A stretch of DNA of 64,000 nt, taken from assembly GCF_009914755.1 (NCBI RefSeq), contig NC_060936.1; one strand, written 5' to 3'. The stretch is from the human T2T-CHM13v2.0 reference genome, Homo sapiens. A program made the translations under genes and the position numbers. The first letter of the stretch is position 1. Each line of letters starts with the position of its first letter. The notes under the pieces are model-generated. The model ran no database searches. It saw only the letters and a program-made list of their open reading frames with translations, and was not told the origin of the DNA. Below, piece by piece: positions 44,130-57,061 of the stretch.

Positions 44130-45640
44130 TGGGGTTCCAGCCGCCGCAGCGTCCCAACCGAGAACGCGGGGCAAGGGTTCGCGCAGCTGCAGGAGCCTGG
44201 CGGAGCGCCTTGTGTGCGCGCCCGTGCGTGCGCGCCGAGGGGGCGGGGAGGGCGGCGCGCACCCCGCAGAGGCCCCCGGCGCTTTCCGATACCTCGCGCC
44301 TCCCTGCGGTCCCTTCTCCCTGTGCGCCCTAGCCAGACCCACGTGTGCAAAGGCATGGAGGGGGGCGTGTGTGTGAGAGTGTGTGTAGGTCTATCCGGGA
44401 GACCGCGTGCCCTGGCCGGACAGGCCCCCAAGTGCATAGGGGGCGGCGGCCAGCTCGACAGCGGCCGCGCTTCTGTCCCCCTCCAGTCCTTCTCCCCAGA
44501 CCTTTCCTCTGGCTTGCTTGGGCCGTGGGTACCTCCAGCCATCCCCCTCCTTTCGCCGCCCCCTTGCTCGGGTAAAAGAGACCAGCGCTTTCCGTTGAAG
44601 GTTCTGGTTCACCCCTCAGCTGCAGAGCCCTTGACATTTAGCGAGTGCTCGCGGCGCACTTGTTTAGGCACACAGCAGAACGCTAATCCCATTAAAGATA
44701 GTGTGTCATTGGGGAGGGGGTGGCTCCCCAGCGGGGCCGGGAAGGCCTCGCGCCCATTGGTCGAATGCAAAGCAGGGGGCGGGGCCGAGGGCCCGGGGAG
44801 GGGGCTCCAGGCGATTTCAGAGTCGCGAGTCGGGGCCGGGATTTCGCAGGGAAAGCCCAGCGGTTGCAGCTGCGGCGGATCCCTCGGCACTGTCCGCCGC
44901 GCGCCGGGGCAGCCCAGGGCCGGCGGCAGCTCCGCAAAGTCGCGGAACGAGAGGAGGCGGAGCGCCGGCCAAGTGGTGGGGCTCAGCGCTGGGGCTGGGC
45001 TGGGCTGGGAGAGGTGTGCCCAGGGAGCCTGGATCCCGGTGCCCTTCTCCCTCGTGTGGAGCGGCCAGTGCGGCCAGAGGCGAGCTGACGGCCTGGAAAG
45101 AGAAATCAAATTGCAGCCTCCCCAAAGACGCTGAGTTACGCGGGCGAGCCGGTTCCCGGGGATCGTTCGCGAGCGCGCAGAGAGCCGCGCCGCGCCGCAG
45201 AGCCCTCCCGGGGCCGCCGGCCAGAAGCGGGGCGCCGTCCGACAGGCAGCAGCCCCTGGGCGCGGGGTTCGGCCGCGAGTGAGCCCCTGTGCAGAGAGGG
45301 GGCGTGCAAGGCTCCGCCGGCCCCCCCGCAGCCCGCGCCCGACTTGGGCGCCCCCTCCGTCCCATTCTGGGAGCGATGCCCCCCGCTCCTCGCACCCCCC
45401 GGGAACGCCGCGAGCATGGAGAAGTCGAGTAGCGAGGATTCTTCGATCCATCGGAGTCCATCTTTGGACAGCAAGGACTCGGACTTTGCCAAGCCGTCCA
45501 CCTCCGGCCGCCCGTTCGGCCGCGGCTTCACGGCCGGCGCCTTCTACGGCACCGCGGGCTCCCGGGGCCAGAGCCGCGCCGAGGCCGGCGTTAAGACCGA
45601 CAAGTGCAATGCACCCAAAGGCAGCAAGTACGTGGTGTTT
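44130..45640 (+). promoter_or_regulatory. Intragenic CpG island / alternative TSPAN9 promoter
   Basis: Very high GC and CpG density. Two reverse CCAAT boxes (ATTGG 44708-44712 and 44756-44760), a GC box GGGGCGGGG at 44776-44784, and direct adjacency to the first coding exon. Confidence 0.88.
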
Positions 45641-45688
45641 TACCTGGACCTGTCCTTTGTGTTTCTCCTAGAATTTAAGAAGTGCAAC
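45416..45688 (+). CDS. TSPAN9: Putative 91-aa in-frame N-terminal extension of TSPAN9 (alternative first exon from the internal CpG-island promoter)
   Basis: AGCATGG (A at -3, G at +4) lies 273 nt upstream of, and in frame with, ATG 45689, with no stop between them. 73/91 codons end in G/C. Confidence 0.6.
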
Positions 45689-45751
45689 ATGGCCAGGGGC
45701 TGCCTCTGCTGCTTGAAGTACATGATGTTCCTCTTCAATTTGATATTCTGG
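45689..45751 (+). CDS. TSPAN9: Tetraspanin-9, first coding exon (codons 1-21, MARGCLCCLKYMMFLFNLIFW); exon spans 45672-45751 including 17 nt of 5'UTR; the rest of the CDS lies outside the window
   Basis: Peptide matches the TSPAN9 N-terminus and the tetraspanin motif CLKYxxFxFNxxFW. Polypyrimidine acceptor ...tcctttgtgtttctcctAG ends at 45671; phase-0 donor TGG|GTAAGT at 45752. Confidence 0.96.
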
Positions 45752-48700
45752 GTAAGTCCTTCCGTTTCTCTCTCCCTTCGCCCTCTTCTCCTCCTCTTGG
45801 CTTACCATAGCGTGAATACCCTCTCCCTCTTCTGTGCTGCATTGCTCTGCTCTCTGCACAGTGGTAAGTGTGCTTTTAAAAAAAAATTGCCCCCGCCCCC
45901 CTTTCATGCACCTTTGTCTTTCCTTTCTCCCTCTCTTTGGTGGCTGAATGGGGGCTCCAGCTTGCCTGTCTTCAGGAGAGACTTGCTCTACTCCTAGGAG
46001 GCTGGCAAAGTTTGGCACCACCTCCTTCCCCTATAAGAAAACCCAGGCTGGAAGTGCCTCCGACTGGGCAGCCTGCAGTAATGGCTGTGGGCTCAGAATT
46101 TTTAACAGCTGTGAGCCTGAGTTGGAGATAGGCACAAGTGAGGATGTATTTCTGAGTTTCTTCTTGTATTCCTCCTGAATGCACAAGAATACAATCTGCA
46201 GCATTTTATGGGAGTGGGTTGGAGGGGGGCGGGGTGTAGAGGCCACATGTTCCCACTCCTTTCGGTGAATCCTAGGAAAAAGAGGAGGAGCCCCTGGCTC
46301 AAGCCGATGGACCTGCTTGCTAGTCCTCAGATATGCTCCCGAGTTGGGGCCTGGGTGGGAAAGGAGGGGTGTGGGGGCTTGCTGCCATCGGGTGGCTGGC
46401 TGCTGCTTTTGAGGGATTGCAGTGGACCGGGCAGGGAGCTGGCTGGCCACGTGCTTCCAGGTTCTGGGAGCCCCAGTGGCCGGAAGGGACAAAGGGAGAC
46501 AAGCAGGGTGCCCCTGTCCTTGGTGAGAGGCACTTTTGTAGAGAAGGTATGAATGGGTAGGGCAGCTGGGAATTGCTCTCTGTCCTCTGTGTGACTCTGG
46601 AGGCTGTGCGCACATATGTGCACGTGCATAAGAAATACTGGTTAGGAACATTTGAAAACTTCTTAAATTCATCTCGAATCGTTCCTTCATCCCAATTGCC
46701 GTCTCTGCCTTTCTTCACCCAAGCCCCGACGTAGCACAGATGTTTGGCTCAGTCCCAGAGTCTGTCCTGCCCTCTGGAGGCTGTCAGCTGCCCACTGCCC
46801 GTGGTCCAGGAGGAGCACTGGGGGCAGGAGAAAGTCATTCAGAGTGAAGTTGGGAAGAAGCAGTTGTGCCGAAGAGGCATTCAGCTTTTGTGTGGAGTGA
46901 TCCACATTAGCCGAAACACTTTTTAGGGTGGGGGTGTGTGTGGAGGGGTGACTTTTCCCATAGAATGACAAGCGCAGGAAGAAGACTGGGCTCTAGTCTT
47001 GGTTCTGCATTAGCTTCTTGTGTGACCTTGGGCAAATCACTTGGTCCCTGAAGGACTGGGCTTCCTTTCCAGTCCAATAGGGGCTGTCGTGATGGTCTCC
47101 CTGCTTGTCCTCACGTCACTAGTTACATGCCATCTGGGGTGGGGGCAGGCATCCTCATCTTCTCTCTTGGGGAGAGAAGCCCCCCTCCCTGCCTGGGGTG
47201 TGGGCTGCTTTTCCAAGGAGACTGGTTTGAAGTGACTTGAGTTGGATTCCCCTAGTTGTCACCATGGGTTGGGCCCTCCAGCCACCCTAGTAGGAAGTTA
47301 CCTGTCATGTGCCTAGAGTTTTATGGAAGCTGGGGCAGATAGTCTCATTCTTTTTCTGGTGGCAAGCACCACTGGAATGTCTCTGGCTGCCTTGTGGGCC
47401 AGTGCCTCCTGGTCCTGTGACCCATCTGCCAGCATCTGTCAGCCAAGTACTGGTGTGTGCTTCCCTGGTGCCTTTGGATTCACACGAATGCTGTCCTTTT
47501 CATTGTTCACAGCTTCCTTCTCCATTCTTTTTTGTAGTCTCAACTTACCTTTTTGTTTTGTCCCACCCTGCCTATATTAAGCCTTATTAGGAAGACAGAC
47601 CCTGGGGCTTGTAACCCCACTCAGCTGCGCTCACTCCTCCCCACCCCCACCCTGCCACCTGCTGGCCGGAGTTGGTATAACTGCCTGCGGTGCCTTTCTT
47701 CTCCAGGATGAGCCCAACGTGGTTTGGTGACCTCCTCACTGGCTAGTACAGTGATCTGTACCCTGCACGTTGTAGGCCCTCATTATATGTTTGTGAATGA
47801 ATGCATGGAGGGCCAGAGCTGTAAATCCACAACATGTTGTCATGTGGTAGTGGTTCCTGAGTTCCACTTGATGGGGAAGAGAAGTTAGATCTCACACTTG
47901 CCTCTGATAAAGGCTCTCCGAGCGCCATAGCTATGGGATGACAAGCAATTCTTCCCATCTTCCCTTAAAACCTTGGCAGAGGTTAATGAGCTAGTTGGTG
48001 GAATATATTTTCGTTACGGTTGATAGCGAGAGAACTTGCTGTCGCTTCCTAATTAGAAGGTACTGATTACATTCTCTTTACCAGGCAAGGAGTTGTTCTC
48101 TCCTGGATTCTGACTTTTCTGATTACTTAATATTTCCAGAATTCCCATGACATGCTGTAAGCAGGGAAAAATTGAATCTCCAAGACCCACTTCTTGTATG
48201 CTAGTAGCAAATGAGATGATTAAATAAGACATAGACCTTAGGTAAGATGGGGAATTTAGCAGAAGACAAGTTCATGCTTGTGTGTAAGAGTGTTTGCCAC
48301 TGTGTTTATCGGGAGGTGGAGGAGCAGGTGCAGGAGGGTGTTGGCCAGGATGTGGGGGCTGTGGGTCACTGTGCTCCACTCAAATGAAGGCTTCCTGCAG
48401 GCTGGTGCTTGGCCTGATACTGGGGAAGGAGCAGAGGAAAGAGCAGAATGGGAAGGGAAAACATCAAAGGCAGGTGGGGTGTTGATGAGTCAGGGTCCCT
48501 GGGAGGCCTCTGTTGCTGTCTTGTGCAGGGGGGCAGGGGGAGCATGCAGGCTGGGTCAAGCCCAGCCCTCTGGGACCGGGTGCAATTGTTAGGAATTTTG
48601 TAGCCTTAACTTGTTGTAGTCTTGTGGCTCAGATCCAAAAAGGAGGCTTTTCTGAAGGATTAGAGTTGAACCTGAGGGCTGCGATCAATAGATAGAACTC

Positions 48701-51700
48701 TTCCCATAGATCCCGGAGCCTACCAGGTATTTCTCCAAACTCACCGCTGCCGCCACACCACCCCGCCCCGTGCCTCTGAGCGCTTGGGAGGATTCCCATG
48801 TGGAAGAGAGGTGCAGCTGTCGTACACTGCAACCCTTCAGAGGCGTGCATAGGTTCCTCACCACTGGGCGGAGCTTCTAGGGTACTAGTATTGGTGAGGG
48901 CTGGGTGACATCACTGGGGGTAGGTTGGCAGGTGGAGCCACACAGCCCATGGTCCTCCTCCTTACTAAGAAAAGGGCAGGTGCCTCACAGGCTGCTGGGT
49001 GCCTGCCTGCCTGTGGGGGTCCAGGTCTGCTCCTGACACTGCGACTTCAACCAGACAGTTCTAGCCATGTTGGCAGCCCAGTGCACTGTGGGAATCTGGG
49101 GCCTCCAGGAGGGCAGCAAGGTGAGGGTAGAGGAGAGGGAGTCAGTGGTCACTCCTGACTGAGTCCCATCTCCTCTTTGTCTTCTGCATCCCCTGCCCCG
49201 ACTCTCAGGGCTAAAGACAATGCTGGCTTCTAGGTGGATAGGGAATAGGAGATTTGAATTGGGACAAAAGTTTCCCCATACTGAGGATCCTGTTCTCCAG
49301 TAAGCACACTCACCCTAAGGGATTTCTCCTAGCAGTGAAAACCATCTGGGCATTTTCCTCAGTCAGCCCCATCTCTGGGTCCTCCCGGGGCCATCTGGTA
49401 GAATACTGGTAGTAGAGATTAAATGATTCTAAGCCCCTCCCAGGGGGCAAAGGAGACTCGGAGCTTCAAACTGTGAGTAGAGAAGAACGTATAGGGGTGG
49501 GCTGGAAAAGGGACCTCTGAATGCTGGGGTCATGTGTACCCTTCCTGGGGCAGCAAGTCCTGATCCCGCCCAGCTCTTCCCAGCCCAAATCAAGTTCCTG
49601 TCTGATGTGGAGGGGTGGGGGCGGGGCTGGGGCTGCTGGCGTAATTGCTACTTAGGATAATGGTCATTTTTCATGCTTGCCAGCAGAGCTGTCCCATCAC
49701 TTTAAATTATGGCTGGCAGAGCAGTGACATTCTGGCCCATTGGAAAGCCTATTCCTTGTGGATCGCTCCCTTAATGAAGGCTAATTAGCTGAGGAGGCCG
49801 TGTTCAGCCAGCCTGCTGGAACAGGGAAAAGGTTGGCGCAGGGTGGCCCCGGGCAGAGTGCTGATGGGGCCCTGATTAAACTCCCTTAAGTGAGGTCAGG
49901 GCCCTCGCAGACGCTGGCTGCCTTTGGGTGCAGGCAGCATGGTCGGGCTCTCCAGCTGCATTGGTGGCACGTGCTTAGTACTGGCTCGGCCATGTCACGA
50001 GTGCCTCTGTGGGCTCGGGCTGAGGTCTGTGCATGGTCAGTGTTGGGTGGCCTAGAGTGTCATAAGGAGTCTATGGGGTGCCTTCTGTCTGAAAACAGGA
50101 GTAGTGAGTGGGCTCAAGGGTCCCAGCAGGGAGCTTGGGTTCAGACCTGGCCTCACCTGGCATCTCCAGGCAGAGGAGACACAGGGTAACCTGGGCAGCA
50201 AGAGGCACTTAGGCCCCCCCCCCCCAGAGTGCTCAGGTGTGAGGGGTTCAGGCTGTCTTCCTAGGGGGCTGCAACAAGTAGATCTTAAGGGTGGGTCAGG
50301 CTGGCCTCTGCTGGGGGAAGGGGGACAGGTGCGGGGCCTGGCAGATACCCCAAGACTCCTGGAATGTGGCCGTGAGGGAATGCCAGGTCTGTGTTCACTT
50401 CCTCTCCACAGCATTAAAAATTAAACTTCCTTGTCTTAATGTCTATTTTTAAATCTTGTCAGAGCAAGCATTGGTGTCAATCAGGAGGGGGTGGGGAGGA
50501 GGCGGGTAGAGAAGAGAAAGTCCCAGTTGAAAAAGGGTAAGCAGCTCGCTCTAGCCTGAGGAAGGGGCCGCTGGGCCCTCCACCCTGGCCTGTGAAGAGC
50601 ACAGAAAACACCCTCCGGCCTGCTCCTATCTCCATGTGCCTGGCTGCCCTTGGCTGAACTTGGTGGCAGACTCTGTGGCCAGAGGCCTCCTGTGGCTTAT
50701 CAGGGTGCTGGGGTCCCAGTTGGGTCCATTCACTCATGCCACAGCTATTTACTGAATGCCCACTCTGTGCACAGGATCCTCCAGTTGGTGAGAATGGGCT
50801 GACTGGGCTCGCAGAGGGCGGATCAGTTTTCTCGTGCCAGGAAGTCGTGGAATCGGGAGGTCATCTGGCTCGTCCTGCGCTGAGCATTTGAACACAGGGC
50901 TGTCAAGGGAGAGGTGAGAGCATTCTAGGGTGAGGCAGCAGCAGGCCTGCACCCAGAGCCCTGGTGGCCTGACTTGTCCTTTCCTCCCCTCTACACCCAC
51001 ACAGCCACTTTCTGACTCTCCTGCTCTGAAATGTTTATTCCTGTCAGTAAGAGAGGCAAGAAAAACAGCCTTCCTTTTGTTTTGTTTTGTTTTTTTTTTT
51101 CCTTAGTTTGAAAAAAAGAATCAGCGAATCCTGTGGCCTTTCTGTTTCTTCCACTGAAAGGGCTGGCAGATGCTCTGTGGCTAGTTGAGCACCTGCCGTA
51201 AGCCGGGACTTTGAGCTGCTCAGAGTTGCATGGAGAAGTCAGACACATAAGCAGATCATTACAGTTCTGAGTGGTAGCTGCTTAATAGAGCTCCTTAATG
51301 GAGTAACTAATACTGCGTATTAGAGACAAGATATAGAGATAACAGAGTAGAGCAAGTGACACCTGGGTTTTGAAGGATGAATAGGAGCTTGCTGATTAGA
51401 TCAGACTAGAGGGTCCAGGGCAGGGAGAAGGGTGGGAAGAGAGAACACATTGGTCCAGAGCCTATGCCAGGGGAGAGCTAGCAGTCCAAGGGGGAGACAG
51501 CACCTGCTGGACACATGCAATGGGCTGAACCCAGAGAAACAAAGGGTCGTGCCAGTCTGGTGGCACCCTTCAGGAATGGCTTCTGGGGGTGGAGAGTTCG
51601 GAGTGGGTTCCGAAGTAGAGGGGCACTGCAGCAGTGCCTGGGGATGCTGGCTTTCCAGGGCTCCTAGGACAGGGTTGTTTTGTTTTTCTGGCAGAGACCA

Positions 51701-53450
51701 CCGTGACAGGTCTTGCTGTGTCACTCGGGCTCAAGCTGTCACTGTAGGTAATCCAGCTTCAGAGAGATGCCCCTGTTTTCTCCCCCCTTTCCAGCCTCTC
51801 CCATCCAGCTGTGATATGCCTGTTTATTTGGTTCCAGTTAGGAAGCTTTGAAGCTGAGCTAAACCCATCGGGCAGAGTTAAGTCTTCTGAGCCAGCTTTG
51901 TCTCTGCTCACATTTGAAAGCTAATCTGCCAGTAGAAGTGGTGGGGGGTTGGGGTCTGATCCTGGCAGGGATGTTAAAAATGGCACACGGTCAGGCGGGG
52001 GAGCAGCACAAGGTCGAGATGTGGCTTCTAACTCGACTCTTTAACCAGCCATGGGACATCAGGGGAGATCTGAAACCTCTTCTCACTTAGTGAGTCCCTG
52101 GTTTGATTCAGGTGGGGTCTACCTCCTCTCCTGTGCGCCCCAGCAAACTTTGAGGCTCCCAGGAGAACTGGAGAAGCCCTTGGGCAGGGGAGGCTGCAGG
52201 ATTTCAAATCTCCCTTGCAGTGGCTAGCTCACTGCGTCAGGACCACGCAGAGAGGCCCTGTTTTAGTGGCTGGTGGGGGGTGGGTGACCGGCCAAGGAGG
52301 AGAGGGACAGGGCCCTGCTTTCAGGTAGCTTTCTTTCCACTCCAGGGGTTCTTCACTAGAGTGGATGTTCGCATCAGCCAGGCAGCTTTTACATGAACAA
52401 AGCCCCTCCTGAGTGGGCGCCTCCAGAAGTGAGGGCTGTGTTTTGAAGGTATTCCTTTAACCTCTTGCTATCTGGTTTCCTCACCTTGGACTATACCACC
52501 TCTCCTGTAGGGCCGTGCTGAGGCCTGCAGGAGGTGCTGTGTGCATGATGCAGGTGTACTGCTCAGCAGGAGGCCTGGCGCCTTGGACTTCGTGCGCAGG
52601 AGCTGTGGTTGTTAGTATTACTGTCGCTCCTGCGGTGAGAGCGTATGAACAGGAAGTTAGGTGCCCACGGGTTGGAGTATGGACCGCTTGGATGACAATG
52701 CCAGGCAGGGCGGTTGGAGCCCTGGGAGGATCCCCAAGTGTCCCTCGGGCTGGGGATTGCTCTGAATGTCTTCGGGCCTTCGGGGTATATGGGAGAATGG
52801 GGGCAGCTGGGAGGGCCAGGGGGGTTTCTTGGAATGAGAGTTATAGGTAGGGAGAAGGCAGTGGAGAAGGATGTGGTCTCTGACCCCAAGGCCTGCAGCT
52901 GCACCTGCCATGCCTCTGGGCCTCCCAGAAGGGGCAGCTCCACATACTTCTTCTGCCTCCCTTTGTCCTAGGGGTGACAAGTGGGGCCTGGACCCAGCCA
53001 GCTGGGCTGGTGGTCACAGTGCGGGGCCCCCACAGGCCCTTTGGTGGATGTTGGATTCCACTGGGCAGCTTGGCTTGTGACCTGGGCTGACCAGGACACA
53101 GAGCACACAGGGCTCCAGGTCCGGGTCACTTTCCCAACCAGAAACACCGTCACCCAAAATAAGTGACAGTTGTAAAATACATCATATGTAAATTCACGTA
53201 CTTAAAAAAATCATAAAACAAACGCCTACCCACTTGGAAGCCTAGCTTATGAAATAGAGGACTTTCTATGCCCATGAGCCTCTGTGACCCCCAGCTTCTG
53301 CCTGAGAGAGCACCATTCTCTTTGAATCTTGTGTGAAGTGTACTCCACATGTATTGGCATTCTTAAACACGGCATCATTTAGTTTGACTGATTTTTCAAC
53401 TTTTGGTAAACAGAATAGTTCTGGATGTAGTTTTAAAAATTCGGCGTTGT

Positions 53451-53749
<299 letters not shown>

Positions 53750-53969
53750 CTAAAAATTCAGCGTTGTGTTTCTGGATTCACGCACGTTGATAGTCGTGGC
53801 CATAGTGCACACCTTTCCATGGCTCTTGGTATTTCATTACATGAATGTGCTGCAGGTGTATTCTTCTGGTGATGAACATTTGGGTTATTTCCTCCTTTTT
53901 CTAAACAACACTTCTGTAAACATTCTCGTATAAGTCTTCTGGTGTACATGTGGAGGCGTTTCTTTAGGA

Positions 53970-54692
<723 letters not shown>

Positions 54693-55226
54693 CTCTGGGT
54701 ATATAGTAGTGTAATGGCACCGTGGAGCTTCAGGGTATGTACCTGCCACCTTTCCTAGATAATGCCAGATTGTTTTCCAGTGAGGATGTATCAGTGGACA
54801 TTCCCACCAGTGGAGAGTCAATGGGGAATGGTTTTTGGCATTCTCCAGTACAGTGGATGTAAAATGCTATATTATAATGGTTTTAATTTGCATTTCTTTG
54901 ATCACTAGTGGACATCTTTTCATATGTTCCTTAGCCATTCTTTCATCTTCTGTGAATGCATGTTTGTCTTTTGTTCATTTTTTATTGAGTTACGTTTTTT
55001 CTAACAATTTTTAGGAGTTTTATTTATGTTTTGAATACTAATGTGTTAATTAAATGTATTGCAAACAGTATGTAGCTTCCAGTTTATAGTTTGTCTTTTC
55101 ACTTTCTTCATGGGGTCTCTTGGTAAACAGAAATTCTTTATTGTAATATAGTCAAATTTTCAGCCTCTTCTTTGTTAGACTGTACTTTTTATGTATTTAA
55201 GAAATACATGTTATCTCATGGATGTC

Positions 55227-55532
55227 TTTTTTTTTTTTTTTTTCCTTTTGAGGCAGGGTCTCACTCCTGTCAGCCAGGCTGGAGTGCAGTGGCACAATCA
55301 TGGCTCACTGCAGCCTTGACTTCTCTAGGCTCAAGTGATCCTTCCATACCAGCCTCCTGAGTAGCTCAAACTATAGGCACGTGCTACCAAGCCTGGCTAA
55401 TTTTTGTATTTTTTGTAAAGGTAGGGTTTCCCTATGTTGCCCAGGCTGGTCTCAACCTCCTGGGCTCAAGCAATCCTTCTGCCTCGGCCTTCCAAAGTGC
55501 TGGGATTACAGACGTGAGCCACGGCGCCCTGC
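55227..55532 (-). mobile_element. AluJ-like
   Basis: Reverse Alu with J diagnostics. Confidence 0.87.
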
Positions 55533-56077
55533 TTCAGCTTTACAGCCTGGTAGTAAGACAGTGCTTGTCGCAACATAATCAGTGCCTGTGAATTGTTGAA
55601 TGAATGAGTAAGTGACTGAAGAGTTCCTGGACTGATTTCTGGAAGCTTTTCTTTTTATATTTAAGTCCTTAGTATATTTGGAATTTATATTTGTATATAA
55701 GATAGGGCTCTGATTTTTCCTCCATAGCTCCATTGATTAACTAGTCCACCTTTCCCCACAGACCTGTACTGCCACCTGTGTTTCTGTGTATGCCTGGGTC
55801 TTTTCCACTGGACTGTTTGTCTATCCTGATGCCGCACTGTCTTCATTACTACAACTTTATAATAAGTCTCAATATCTGGTAGGGCAAATCCTTTCCTCTT
55901 ACGCTTTTTCAAGAGTATTCTGGCTGTTCTTGGCCCTTTGTTCTTTTGCGTACATTTCAGAATTAGTTTGTCTTGTTTCACCAAAAATCAGTCAGCCAGC
56001 CTCTTCCCCCAAACCCTTTTGATATTTTGGTTGACCTTTCATTGAATTCATTCATCATCTTAGGGAAAATTGCTGTC

Positions 56078-56754
<677 letters not shown>

Positions 56755-56910
56755 TTATCTTTATATTTCTATTCATGAATATGAATAGTATTCTACTTAT
56801 CTATTTCTATTCATGAACATGGTATATTTCACCATACATTAGGTCTTCTTTAATGTCTTTCTGTAAAGTTTCATGAAGGTTTTATACATCTTATGTTATA
56901 TAGAGACTTC

Positions 56911-57061
56911 TTTTTATATATTTTTTAAAGTTTTTAATTTTTTGTAGAAACAGGGTCTCCCTGTGTTGTCCAGGCTGGTCTTGAACTCCTGGCCTTAAGC
57001 AATCCTCCTGCCTTGGCCTCCAAAGTGCTGCGATTACAGGTGTGAGCCACTGCATCTAGCC
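56911..57061 (-). mobile_element. Alu left monomer (FLAM-like)
   Basis: Left arm only; TSD tagagacttct. Confidence 0.8.

Noticed and set aside
45344-45415. TTG start given by the ORF track for the TSPAN9-frame ORF
   Set aside because: Non-AUG start in low-complexity GC sequence; ATG 45416 has strong context and coincides with the compositional switch.
44050-45531. Many long overlapping ORFs on both strands (up to 306 aa)
   Set aside because: Expected from stop-codon scarcity in a CpG island; Arg/Gly/Pro/Ala-rich with no recognisable domain.
45752-45997. Continuation of the 217-aa ORF past the TSPAN9 exon (VSPSVSLSLRPLLLLL...)
   Set aside because: It begins at a consensus GTAAGT donor and translates pyrimidine-rich intron with no tetraspanin similarity.
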